DNA of 60,492 bases. It comes from Catajapyx aquilonaris. Taxonomy: Eukaryota. How positions within the stretch are numbered: the stretch's first letter is position 1; each line of letters starts with the position of its first letter. Positions 40,701-53,270 of the stretch are shown piece by piece. The notes below the pieces were generated by a model. It saw nothing but the letters and a program-made list of their open reading frames with translations. It had not been told where the DNA came from and made no database searches. The stretch lies in contig KZ538584.1 in assembly GCA_000934665.2 (NCBI GenBank), positions 1 to 60,492 on the forward strand, read 5' to 3'. The translations under genes and the position numbers were made by a program.

Positions 40701-40991
40701 AGGTTTAAAGAAATAAGAAATACGAAATAATAATTTTGACAACTAAGTGTCGTTCCCCCCCCCCCCACCCAAAAAAATCCGTCCCTTCCAGAGGTTGTAA
40801 GAACACTGTTGTGTGTAAATTTAACATACTGTAGTATGTTGTACCATTTTGCGCGGCACTCGTTATGCAGCAGTCAACAAGCCGGCACCGCACATGATAA
40901 TAAACCTCTCCCCTCGCACCTGCTCATATTTATGTACATTCACATGAAAAGAGAGCATTAAACCAAAAGCCCGGGTGTGCCGGCCTATTGA

Positions 40992-41348
<357 letters not shown>

Positions 41349-41855
41349 GGNATCGCGGTGTGTACAACCAAACCTTTCTGAATTTCGGCTGAACATTTTG
41401 TGTGTGCCATGTTCCGGGTTTGGGTTCAGGAAACAACCGGTTTTCTCCCAGGGTATAGTACAGAAACCCTAAAAGTTCTTCTTCCTCTCTCTCTCTCTCT
41501 CTCTCCCCGTCTCCTCTCCCTTTCCCTCCCCCCAGACGACGACTCATCGATCTCTCTCTCTCTCTCTGCACATTTTGCCTGCATCCGCCCCTCTCCTGTT
41601 GCCATGGAAACCTCCAAAATCCTGCCTGCTGGTTCAGTTTTGCCAGGCTTCCTTTTTCGGTCCGGACTTGTCTTCTTGATACTTCCGTATATATACATCT
41701 GCCCGCATAACCCCTGGAGTTATACACGAAGAAGCAGGGGACTGGTCACAGGCCACATGTAACCTAACATAACATATAGCATACTAACCTAACCTAAGAA
41801 GCCTAATGACCATACACACTGTAGTCGAAATAACTGAATCTGAGAACTTGGTAAA

Positions 41856-42025
41856 TCTTACATATAAAACGGAAAGTTTGTCGGTTTGTCCCATTTCCCT
41901 TCCCCTCTACCACCCTGATCTGTACCATGGCAACGGGTTACAGTAGCAAATGGTTACCATGGCAGTGAGGTTACCAGAGCAACGGGATTCTTCAATTCCC
42001 GTACGAATAACGGGTATCCTGATAG
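41856..42025 (+). mobile_element. Non-autonomous Helitron-like element, Lim3 intron 4
   Basis: 5' A|TC-TTACATATAAAACG..GTTTGTCGGTTTGTC, internal (G/T)TACCATGGCA repeats, 3' CCCGT..ACGGG hairpin followed by a degenerate CTAG (GATAG). Confidence 0.6.
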
Positions 42026-42230
42026 AAAATTAAGCAAATAAATTGTCGAAATAACTACAGTATAAAGCAACAAGTGACACTCAAATAAAACATCCTTTAT
42101 TTATACTATATACACCTAAGGGTCAATGCCGACGCCTGTAGATAAAATTAGAAATATATAGTATATTTTTTAATGGTTCCACAGAGCGCTCTTTTTAATT
42201 CACAAATTTTCTCTCGCTCATTGTTCACAG

Positions 42231-42379
42231 GAGAGCGAAAGAAAAACGACTGAAAAAAGACGCTGGACGTACTCGCTGGGGGCAGTATTTTCGAAATATG
42301 AAAGGAGCTCATCGAGATAAGCACGAAAACGGCAAGGAGGAAAAGAGCGACACGGAGCCGCCATTTAATCCCGCACACA
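42231..42379 (+). CDS. Lim3: Lim3 exon 5, end of homeodomain and Lim3-specific segment
   Basis: TTCACAG acceptor; RAKEKRLKKDAGRTRWGQYFRNMKG...FNPAH; A|GTAAGT donor (phase 1). Confidence 0.96.
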
Positions 42380-43451
42380 GTAAGTAGTATTAGATTTTAT
42401 TTATGTATTGCCATCGTTATCTTTGCACTGTGCCTACCCTCCTTATACACACTACTGTACAACCTCTATATGACAGTATATTCAGCGAGGGAAAAAAAAA
42501 CATCTCGCAGTGACTGCCGGAGAGCCGCAATCAATGAAAACGCAATAACTTTATTGCTTTGCAAAGCTAAAACAGAAGCCTTTCGCTGAATTTTCATAAA
42601 TATTTAATGAAACCTGTCTGCCCCGCCGCATAAAAAATACACTGCATTATTCCATTCTTGTTATGTCAATGCCCCGCTTTCTTTACGCACCTACAGTACA
42701 CACCTAGTCAAGTGCAGGTAGTGCCCGTTTAATTAAATTAATCTGTACTGTCAATTTTAATGTTCCATTATGATATAATAAGATTGGTCATGAAGTCCCA
42801 TAACTATATGTCCCTCTTTATGAATATTATTATGCTCTAATAATTGAGACTAGACACAAAAGTGCAATTATTTTAATACTGTACAGAGCACGAATTAATC
42901 GCAAGATAATCTCTCGAGAGTGCAGTATACATACTGCGCAATGAGATCTATAATCGTCTGTTATAAAGCACTATTATTACACAACAGATTTTTACTCACC
43001 AAAAGATATTGGTGTGTAGAGGACACATTGTGAGCCTAATTACTTAACACCACATTTAATCATCGATACTATTATTCAGAAACAGCCTGAGCTTCCGCGT
43101 AATCAAACTTGCATTAGCCCTCCCCGCAGTGATTTACGACACCAGTGTTTCGCCGGACAGACCGATACGAGATCAATCAATCAATCAAGCTTCTCCCCCC
43201 TTTTCCCCCAATCCGAATCCGCCCCCCTTTGGCTACTGGTCGGTCCTCTCCAGCTGCGAGGTCAGAGATGAGCCATTTATATTCACGCCAGGTGCCAGGG
43301 CTTTTGGCTTAATATTCCATGCACCCCAGCGAGCAATTTTTCAGTGGAATCCTCCGATCATAAAGTAATGGCAAGGCAGGCAGGGACCTATCATAAGTCG
43401 CCGGCGTCATCCAGGTGTTCAAAAATCTCCCAGAGCTTTTTCTTTCTTTCC

Positions 43452-43675
43452 AGCAATGATTGTGGTTGAAACTTTTTGGCAGCTGGAAAAGTGCCTACCA
43501 AATCTTTTTAAGTACACCGTAATTCATGTACCGACTTGGTGACGGGTTGATCACAAAATACCAAGTACCACCTCTAACTCGGTACATGAATCAGTATATG
43601 CATCACAATGTAGCCTACAAAATATTTTTAAAACTTTTTAAGCTGAACATAATGCTTCAACCACAATCATTGCTT
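43452..43675. mobile_element. MITE-like inverted repeat, Lim3 intron 5
   Basis: AGCAATGATTGTGGTTGAA / TTCAACCACAATCATTGCT perfect ends; inner ATTCATGTACCGA / TCGGTACATGAAT. Confidence 0.8.
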
Positions 43676-44520
43676 GAAATGTAGTGTAGGCACACAATAT
43701 CATGCTAGCGTACAGTGATGATTAAACCATGCTTATCATTCACTTCCTGATCACACGAGTGACTCCCAGTACCACCTAGCTCAATTCATGCTAACTCAAC
43801 TGTATGAAGCTTTAGTTTTGCTACAATGTAACCTATTGTTTTCTGCCTCTATCGTCCCCCCCCCCTCCCCCAGACATTTGGGGTGAATAAAAACCAGCCC
43901 CATGAAAAGCCCCCCTGGCTCCTGCTCTTCCATCACACCTGTNCCCTGTATGCCATCCCCCCCTCTCTCTAGATGCATCCATTTAGCGGCTTTCACGCAT
44001 GTACTGTATATACATGTCCTATAGCAGGCCAGCTCACCCGCGGCCATCGCGCTAAAAGCCATTTCTACCTCCCCTCACCCTATACAACTCTCCACACCTC
44101 ATTGTCCTGCTGGCAACACCAAACACACGTCTGACCGGACTTACAAGAAGAACCACCCCCATATTTTGTAAAATGTCACGTTTGAATTAACAAATTGTAT
44201 ATATCCTCTTTTTTCTATTCTCTTGACTTTGGCGGCGGGGGCTTTTTTGGCTCCTCGACCGTGAAATTATTGACCGCTTGCTGAATTTCACAGCAGATGG
44301 CCGCAGGGGCATTATTTATTCACATGTGAGAGGTGGGGAGAGAGAGAAAGGTGGAAAAAACTAGTGTGTATGGAAGGGCACAAGGGTATGTCAGCGCCTC
44401 GTGCCTTGATGTTTATCGTTGGTTGGGTGTCACACAATGTAACCCATGCAAGATGCACACCTGATGTCTTTTGTTGTTGCCAGTTATGTGAAAAGCACAC
44501 TGATTTTAAAAAATGAAGGA

Positions 44521-44603
44521 CACTAGAAAAAAACCCTCGCTTCGCTCCATTTTTCTATGCCTGCGGTTACAGAAATACTCGCTTCGCTCCCAGTTTTCTA
44601 GTG
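44521..44603. mobile_element. 83-bp CACTA-type mini element with 3-bp TSD
   Basis: CACTAGAAAA...TTTTCTAGTG TIRs, GGA on both flanks (44518-44520, 44604-44606), two internal CTCGCTTCGCTCC copies. Confidence 0.75.
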
Positions 44604-45398
44604 GGACATGCCCTTGTAATTACCTTCATGACCCCTGTTTAGTGTGACACATTCTGCACTTTTGGTATATACTGATGGCTCTCCCAGTAATTCCTAATTG
44701 ACTCCCAGTGGTGCCAGGAAAGCAATAACATAAAACCCAATTGAATTAGCGAACAAATGGTTCTAAGCGTTCCCCTAGCCATCTGAGAGGATCCCTCTCT
44801 TTGTACCCTTCCCACCGAAGAAATATGATGGGGGACACAAGTCATCTGTCGCATTAGACCCAGGCATGAAAGGCATAGCTGGGATCCCACCAATACACAA
44901 CATGGCGTGCTGCGGACAGAACCAAAGTGAGTCACGCATACAGCTTCGAGATATGATGAAGAAGAGACTCTCTCTCTCTCCCCCACACCCAATGGGGCTC
45001 ATTTCTAGGCCCCAGAAAAGGTCTCGATGTAAATCGTCCGGGAAAATCCTTCTCCCCAAGCTCCCTCGATTGGCCTTCCCCAGTAAATTTATTCAATTAA
45101 GTCCTTCAGTGCTGTAGTGAGTTGAGGAGGGAGGGAGGGGGGAGAATCTAGGGATGGTTTGAGGGGGGGGGGGGGGGAGAAGGGAAACGGCTCCCACTCC
45201 CTCAACTAGGCCGCAGAGTCAATTTGTTGATGGCAAGATCGGTAGGATTGAATCCCCACCCTCTCTAACTCTCCCTCGACCAACCAAAATACCCCCGATC
45301 CAACCCTCTTTTCTCCCTCGGAAAAACTCGATAACCCTTCTTTGCTTTTCACATTGAAAAGTTAAAATATTCACTGCTGCTAGATTCCGAGTTAGTCG

Positions 45399-45501
45399 CA
45401 TAGATGGCGCATACTCCCTCTGCACACTCCTGACACCCCCAAATCGTGCGAGAGATAGCGATACTATCTGGTCGGACAAACATCAGACGGAGAGAATAAG
45501 C
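45399..45501 (+). repeat. Dispersed repeat family A, copy 2
   Basis: Matches the reverse complement of 5842..5944 and also 48143..48246. Confidence 0.85.
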
Positions 45502-47076
45502 ATATTAGGAGAAAGATGGCCATGAGCACATTGCGACGAACTCAACTCCAAGTATATAGTCCAACACACGCAGGTACCTTCCGATTGATCCTTCGCATTG
45601 CGCAGGCAGACACGAGGAGCGGAAAAATGTTCCCAATTGGATCCACGTTACTTTTTTTTTCCTTTTTGGAGAGTGGGGCGGAGATGGCGGAGCCAGCAGA
45701 AAGAAATGGCACGGAAAATGCAGGAATCGTGTCGGCTGGAAAGGAGAGGATCCTTCATAACTCAGGAGGAGGAGGAAGAGGAGGCTGGGAGAGGGGAGAG
45801 CAAACAAACGAGCCGCAAACTATCGTCAGAGGAAAAGGGAACCCAGAGCAAATAAGAGGAAAGGATGTCCCCGCCGACTCAGGTTATGAAATGCCATTAC
45901 CTCACGGACAAAAAAGCGGAAATATTTTCTACCTCTCTTGCTTCCCAACAATCGGCTGGGTTTCGAAAAAATAAAATAAAAAAAAGGAGTCAAAGTTTTC
46001 CACTTTGCGCATATGCGTCTGATGGTCGCACAAAAAAATAGCAGGGCCGGGTACACAAAAGCGAACGGGCCTATTTTAGCAAGGGGGTACACACTTAGGC
46101 TGATTACATCCCAATGGCGGCCGCTCTGTGTTGCTGCTCTCCACAAGTGCGGTGCAAATGCACACACGCCTCTGTACGTGTGTGTGACGGAAAAGAGCGT
46201 GCTGGGCACCCAGAGAATGGACTGTCATTACAATATATTTCATTATAGATTCGCTTAATATTAAACAATATGAGTAGGTCATTATCAAAACCAAGCTATC
46301 TCAAAAGTGTGGTAATTCCTGTGGTTACAGGCATCAACTCTAAGCTAAATTAAATTTTCCAATATATGGAATCCTAGCAGCGGATCCCGTTCTTCGCACA
46401 GCCTGTTTCCATGGTAAAGTAATACCGCGGACTGGAAAAATCCTAAATATTTTAGTCACTTAAACTTTAAAAAAAAAGAGTTCAGTATTCAGACTTGTCC
46501 CTCAATCAGCGGCACGTAAACCATCAATGTGACAAGTTTCAGCACTCTCAGTAGTCCGGAAGTGTGTTAGGTAGCCCGGACATACAGACAAACTTTCTGC
46601 TTTATTACCGTGTGTATGATGCATGATTTTCACCTCGGGTCCACCGCCCATTGGGAAAGATGGACCGTGAGAAGACTCGCGAAATCCAAAATTTATGTTT
46701 TCTGAAAGATTCGTACCTGGTTTTTGATAATGAGCGACTCAATTTTTCTGTCCCTTGGATTATGTTGGATCCGACAACATTGCATGGTTGCACAGTAGTA
46801 CATCTCCACAATGTGATCGATGCGCGGTGTTCATCCTGCAGCGCTTTGTAATGGGAAATGTCGCTGCTAATTGCCGGGCACGATGACAAAACAACCTGTC
46901 AGGTGTCATTGTCAATCATGATGTATGAATTATACGGCCAGGAAAAGCGCGACGAGGTGAAGTGTCATTAACTGAAAAGCATGGTCCAATCCGGTCCCCC
47001 CGTTTAATTTTTGTTGTTGTTTAGAACTCGAATAACTTCATATTATATTTTGGTCTTTATTATTATTATTTTCCAG

Positions 47077-47331
47077 GCGAAATGGGAAGCAACGACGGCT
47101 ACAGCACCCCAGTGAACCTGAGCATGGACCCGTCCGGGGAGCACCCTGGCCTCCCCCCTCACCCCCTGCAGGGCGCCACACACCCCTCCTCCTTCCTCCC
47201 CGCTGGGCCGGGGGGGACGCCTCCCTACCTCCCAGCCAGCCACTCGCCGGCGCCCGGGACGCCTCACCACCCGCCCTCGCTACCACCAGGATACCCCTAC
47301 GCCGACGGAATCGCCATGTACACACCCATCG
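47077..47331 (+). CDS. Lim3: Lim3 exon 6, Pro/His/Gly-rich C-terminal region
   Basis: TTTTCCAG acceptor in matching phase; EMGSNDGYSTP...GIAMYTPI; G|GTCAGT donor (phase 1). Overlaps ORF 47082..47393. Confidence 0.85.
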
Positions 47332-47647
47332 GTCAGTATAATTATGTGCACACGCCCACTGCCACAGTAGTACCATGCCCCTCACACAGATGACGTGTGG
47401 ACAGACAGAGTCACAGACAGTCCTAAGCCTTAGTCTGGAATTTGGGGAATTTGTACACGAATAGCGCATCAGCCATACCTTTAAACAATCATTACACCAC
47501 TTTCCAGCACCAAAATGTATTAATATGATATTACTAGATCGATCATGGCTCAAAAACTAATACGGTATTTCTTCAAGCGCTTCAAGTTAAACAACATTGG
47601 CAAATCACATGAACATGATTCGAGTAGACGTTTTCTCATTGGGCAGC

Positions 47648-47741
47648 GAGAAATGAGACTGACAACTTTGTTGAATACGACACATGACACGATGCGGTTC
47701 TAACTGGACAACAATGACAGAATGTTGTCAGCCTCATTTCT
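47648..47741. repeat. Short inverted repeat, Lim3 intron 6
   Basis: GAGAAATGAGACTGACAAC / GTTGTCAGCCTCATTTCTC. Confidence 0.7.
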
Positions 47742-47783
47742 CATTGCCAAGCAACCCCAAAAAATTAATTTAGCCTATAATTG

Positions 47784-47999
47784 TAGACTTGACCCTGGCG
47801 GATAGAGTGAATCGGGAAACCGGAAGTGACCGGTCACAGGAAGTTGACCATGGAACATATTTAGGGTCCACTGAACCCGAATCCGAAAACCATTTGTCGA
47901 TATCTCTTGCGGTTTTAGGCCATATGATACCTGTCCACAGACGGACGGACGGACCGACAGGGCCGTTCTATAATACTTTTTATGAGAAAAAGTCTAAAA
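47784..47999 (+). mobile_element. DINE-1/Helentron-like non-autonomous element
   Basis: ACAGACGGACGGACGGAC microsatellite followed by a 3' stem-loop ACTTTTT-atgag-AAAAAGT, the usual DINE/HINE layout. Confidence 0.55.
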
Positions 48000-48142
48000 C
48001 ACCATAATTCATTTAAAAATAAATACGATTTTTTACATGGTTTTGCAAAATGTAGGCTAGGACCCCTCATTCTACACATACTCGTAGTCTAGGACCCTTG
48101 TCAAAACACGAGTGTCCACGTACTCAAGTAGTATCCGCCTCT

Positions 48143-48246
48143 CATAGATGGCGCATTTGCTCTCTGAACACTCCTGCCACTCAGGGTATAGTGTGAGGGA
48201 TAAAGGTACTACCCGTTCGGACAAACATCAGACGGAACGGATGAGT
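48143..48246 (+). repeat. Dispersed repeat family A, copy 3
   Basis: CATAGATGGCGCAT...CACTCCTGCCAC...TCGGACAAACATCAGACGGA; ends about 30 bp before the last Lim3 acceptor. Confidence 0.8.
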
Positions 48247-48276
48247 AATGAGATTTTTGTTTTTATTTCTGGGCAG

Positions 48277-48443
48277 GTCAAGGGCCACCTCCCCAGGGCC
48301 ATTTGACGGCGCATGTGCTGAGCAGCGGCCCTGGGTCGGACCTGAGCAATGGGAGCAGCAACCAGGGTTACCCAGAGTTCCCTCCGAGTCCGGAGTCGTG
48401 GCTGAGCGACATGGACAGCTCCGCGCACGGACAGCAGTACTGA
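48277..48443 (+). CDS. Lim3: Lim3 exon 7, last coding exon
   Basis: T-rich tract plus GCAG acceptor; GQGPPP...GSDLSNGSSNQGYPEFPPSPESWLSDMDSSAHGQQY*, containing the conserved Lhx3/4 C-terminal GYPxFPxSPxSWL motif. The joined CDS is 1248 nt, a multiple of 3. Confidence 0.92.
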
Positions 48444-51400
48444 CACAAGCCTCGTCCTCCCGCCACCATGAGGGCCTGAGGACTCTGTACCATTTTTAAA
48501 AATTAATCATATAGGACCAACCCATAACCCCAACCCCACACAGCGACAATGGAAACGAAACAAAAAAAAATTATAGAGAGAACGTGTGAAAGAGAGAGAA
48601 GGAAAAAAATAATGTAATGTTGTGTACCCGTGATACTCCCTCCAGGCCGAAGAGCATTCACATACAGATCATGTGACACCAAAAGCGAGCGATTATTTGC
48701 GTAATTTGCAAAATTTAGCTACATATAAAGCGCTTCATCGTGGTTCCATGTAGCCGTACATGTAACCGTGCTGAAGCGTATCAGGATAAAGCGTGAATGG
48801 ATAAATGATAAAGCGCTTCATCTTGGTTACATGCCAGGATACATGGAACCAAGATGAAGTGCTTTATCCATTCACGTCGCTCTGCGTTGAAGAAATGTTA
48901 AAATGTGGCGAAAATCGCTCGCTTATGGTGCCCAAATCGCCGATATGTGAATGCGACCACTTTTATGTTAAAATCACGCCTCGTTGTTTAGCCGGGCAGG
49001 TGACAACAGTTTTTTTTCCCCCCTACACACTATTTTTTTAAAGTGCTTAAATGTCATCAAGGTTGCTTTTTTTTGAAAATTAAATCCATAAATTTACATA
49101 ATTGAAAACGAGAGAGATAAATCAGCTTTGGTTTTCGAGCCTTGGGAGCCTGCGATTTTCGAAGCGGGTTTTGTGGAGGGATAAAAAAAAATTGATTAAC
49201 ACAAAAATTCCCGTTTGCATCAAAAGGATTGAATTATTCGTTTGTGGTCGCAGACGCCTTTGTAATCATAATGAATGTTGCGTAATCCGGATTTGCGCGG
49301 TCATATTGGCCACAAAACGGAAGTGGATATACCAAATTGATTACATCCCCCCCCCCCCCAACCCTCCCAACAAGGGAAAATACCACAAGACGAAAGTGTC
49401 CCAAATTTTAATTAATTTGGGGGAAAATCAAAACAACATGTTTTTTTTACACGATTTTTTTAAATCCATAACTGTCTGTTGCAGAAACAACGAGGCTGAT
49501 ACCACACAATCCGGCCCTTTCCTGTCCAAAAATAATAATAATTGTGCTACAAAATCCTCTCCAAAAAAAGTGCGACATTATTTTGATCGTTCGGAAGTGC
49601 AACACACCGCATAATTGTTACCGGTAACAATGAGAGTAATAGCTGTTTTGTCAAGAGAATAATTCAGGGTCCCAAAAATATTCCTTCCCTCATCCCCCCT
49701 CAAAAAATGCATCAGGACCGTCGTTTCGTGGAAAAAACAATGCATTTCCTCCCCTCCTAATTACGGTATAATTATCTGTGTTGTCGTGATCTAGTCACTT
49801 TGTGAGTTGCTCGTTTTCGAAACCTTTCAAAAAAAATCATATAAACAATATGTGACGTCTTATCACCCTGCAGGATGATGCACTGTGTCGCAAGACAGTT
49901 TCTTTTGCTGCTTCAACACACGAATCACTGGCCAACGTGAAAAAAGTGCACCAGAAAAAGAATCGATATGTAAAAATAAAACATAATTATTACACATACA
50001 TCACAAACACACTTCGACGGCAGCGTAGTTGTTCAAACATTCTCCACAAGTCCCTTCGAAACAACAAAAAAAAGTATGAACTTTATGCTTCACACTGTAC
50101 ATTTCATTTAACGAGACCGAAAAAAGCAACCTCCTGAAAATATATTAACTGACAAATGTATAAAATTGCAACTCACAAATTACTCAAAAAGGTTGCATAA
50201 TTGTATCAAAAGGAGGTCAGGATTTTTACTGCAACGCTTTAAAACAAAAAAGCTTGTGTATAAAGAATTAAATATGATTAAGTCGTGATGGAAAATATTG
50301 TAACTTGTAATGGTGGAAAAGATAGCTGGGAAAGTAATGTAATTTATTTTGTCACACTCTGCGAGTTCAAGTTTCGCTCTATAATAGAGAAAAAAAAAGA
50401 TGGAAAAGAAGATTTAAAAAATGGCGTGATCGTATAAAAGGTGTTGATGGAAAAGATGCATTTAAATTTCCGTGGAAAAAATAGATAAATAAAAAAAGAC
50501 AAAAATCACAAGTGCCAGTAATGTCCGATTGAAGCTTCAATTTGCATTCAAAAAATTTTATTCGCAACAAAAAAGGCGTTTTTTTGAAAGCTCGTATTAA
50601 ATAGCTATATAGATTACTGGCTGATTCCGAATTATTTCAGCTATGTAGCCTAGCATTGTTTTTGGCTCTTGTTTCTAATCACGTTTTTAATTATGGTACA
50701 AAGACTGTCCAATAAGTCATATCTGATTATCGCCATCAGACAAAAAAAAGCACTGCCCAAACTTTATATCCTAATATTTCCAAAACCGACATTTATGAAC
50801 AAATTAGTGCTTGAAAATGGAGGCTATGTACTGAGGAAAATTATTCCCAATTAATTAATTGCTGATCTGCTTTAGTTGCAATCATCTTTTGCCTGTACAA
50901 CTCATTTGATTCAATCACACGGTCATGCATTGAACAAGAGAAGTAATTACACAAGCAATGGATAAGTGAAGATGAGCACTGCAATGATAAAACAGTAGTG
51001 ACCAAAATAAATGTTAGGGATCAGCCAGATCTCTCCAAAAAATATATATATAAAAAAATCGTTACCTTGTTAATTAGCTCTTTTCACATTGAATAGTAGT
51101 GCAATTTTTTTCCCCCCAAACCCAATCACGTGTAATTACAAACCGTTGATATTTTCTTGCTTATTTCCAATCATAGCAGATGTCTGATTCCTAACGTTTT
51201 TCTTTTCCTCCCCACAATATCTCTTAAAAACATTCGAAGGCAGCGTGGGTGAGATTTATTTGAAATCTCACAAACGTGTGTATCTCATGCCAAAGATGGT
51301 GATTGCGTCTAGTCAAAAAAAAACCCCAAAAAATAACAAAATAACAAACGAAGTGTGACGGGAATAATTATTTATTTACAAGGGCATTTTTCCAGTCAGC

Positions 51401-51470
51401 TTTCCGTCTGAAATATTTTCCTGGATGTATTTATTGATTTTACGGTGTTCGTTGAAGTGTTCTGAATAAA
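48444..51470 (+). other. Probable long AU-rich Lim3 3' UTR (end uncertain)
   Basis: A-rich sequence without credible ORFs after the stop, with several AATAAA candidates (~49975, ~50488, ~51006, 51465..51470). Confidence 0.4.
48725..48876. repeat. Two tandem related hairpins in the putative Lim3 3' UTR
   Basis: ATAAAGCGCTTCATC(G/T)TGGTT(C/A)CATG occurs twice. The second copy pairs with CATGGAACCAAGATGAAGTGCTTTAT and extends to CGTGAATGG / CCATTCACG. Confidence 0.8.
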
Positions 51471-52425
51471 CTATGACACAGGAGAGCATTATTAGTTGTA
51501 TTTTATAACACTACAAAAATGTCCCACTAACGACTCGTTAAATATTGCAACAAACCTGAAGATCTGAAAAAATGTAGCCAACAATTATTAGGCCTCGCTA
51601 ATTATGCCGATGAGCTGACCAAGAAGTGAGCAAAAAGTGGCCTGAACTGACCTGGAACTTGACCTGACCTCAGGGCAGACGGTGGGCAACATCTGGAGGT
51701 CACCTGGAAGGCTGGATGAGGTCAGATGTGACCGGAAAGGTCAGCAGAGCCGGCGACTCGCAGGTGGAAATGATCTGGCAAGTTCTGGCGCTAAAATCCC
51801 GATTGCGCAATCTGTACCTACTGAATTAAATTTATTTACAATAAAACGCAATTATTTGACTTAATCTGTTAGTTACTTTTGCTGTGCATAACATGTTGCT
51901 AATTGTAAAAGTGGATGACACATTTTCATAAATGTGACCCAAACCATGATGAAAAGGCTTTTACGCATCTCCAACTTTCAAAAACATGACCTAATAATCA
52001 AGAGTGATCACCAGTACTACGTACACTGTGTTTTTGGCATTGCATTGGTAGAAGAATTTACCTCCCATACTGGGCCACCCCCGATCTGTTCACCTGGCCT
52101 GAGGTTATTTTTTTTTGTAACAATGATTAATAACCGCGCTTTGGGAGTCGCCTCCAAGTCAAGCCAAGAGCCATTAGTCATGATTAGGGAAATTACGGGA
52201 CCCAAATTGAATTCTATGCCAGCAGGGAAAGGGGGGGGAGGCCCACCCTCCTCTCACCCCCTCCTGTGGTTATCAGCCACGCAACGCCCACAGGCAGAAA
52301 ATTGCAACAAGATAGAACGGCATTTGGATTTTCCGGCTCAAGGACTATTCGTTCACACCTTCTACATCACTATTTGACTCGCCCATTCCTTGCAAATGAA
52401 ATGACAACATTGCAATTGTAATTAT

Positions 52426-52580
52426 TTATTGCTCCATGGTATCCATATCTTCATCTTCCAAGTCACTCGATTCGATGCCAGATGATGAGGACAATATGTC
52501 GAAGTCATCACCAAGTCCGCTGCCTTCTTCCCCAGCTTTTGATGTTGATGGCTCAGCATCATTTGGTTCTGCTGATGGAG
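52426..52580 (-). CDS. GTF3C5: GTF3C5 exon 6, acidic tail
   Basis: GTTCAG acceptor in phase; TPSAEPNDAE...DDFDILSSSSGIESSDLEDEDMDTMEQ*, an acidic C-terminus typical of the family. The joined CDS is 1470 nt. Confidence 0.85.
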
Positions 52581-52746
52581 CTGAACACATGTTGAATTAG
52601 CAAACAGTCTGAATAATAACGTCTAAACTCGAAACAAATGCAGGGACCCCAAGAATGACATGTACGAATCCATTCGTCAAACACGTTACTATTGCGCAGC
52701 ATCTGCGGTAATTTAATCTGACCACGCCAGCAATTAAAACACGTAC

Positions 52747-52912
52747 TTTCCACAGTGACAGCCTCGTTGACCACCCTGGTAATAATCTCCCGGCACTGCT
52801 CATCCAGCGATGCAGGCATCCAGCCATTTTTTTCCTGGCACTTGGTGCCTGGAGGAATGTCTGGAAGCTTCTGAATAATGGCCTCTATCTCTGGGATGTG
52901 AAGGTCGCAATA
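52747..52912 (-). CDS. GTF3C5: GTF3C5 exon 5
   Basis: TTACAG acceptor after a 54-nt intron; YCDLHIPEIEAII...CQEKNGWM..LDEQCREII; restores the conserved MFYQ-xCDL junction; A|GTACGT donor (phase 1). Confidence 0.88.
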
Positions 52913-52966
52913 CTGTAACAAACATGTTGTAAATGTGTGGTAGCAAAAATTTTTAAGTACCAGTAC

Positions 52967-53270
52967 CTGGTAAAACATCTGCCTGGATGGCGGGACAAAG
53001 TTAGGCTTGAGCATGTAGTACTCCTCCCCCACCTGCTCCCTCTCTCCGCTGGCTCCAGCATCGTCCACGTCTTGAGACGAAGCCAGAAGCTCTTTTGAGA
53101 TCACGGACGTCTTGGGCTTCCAAGCGGATGTGGACTTGTACGGCAGGAGGTACTTGGAGTAGCTTCTCTTCGCCTGAACCCTAGTCCTCAGCACACCCTG
53201 TACACGCAGCCTGTAGTCCAACGTTTGCAACTCCCGTGAAGATGTCTCCAGTCGGGGGTCGTAACCAAAC
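52967..53270 (-). CDS. GTF3C5: GTF3C5 exon 4
   Basis: TGTAG acceptor; FGYDPRLETSSRELQTLDYRLR...VPPSRQMFYQ; CAG|GTACTG donor (phase 0). Confidence 0.93.

Noticed and set aside
49102..49614. 170-aa ORF on +
   Set aside because: TTG start, A-rich putative 3' UTR sequence, no domain.
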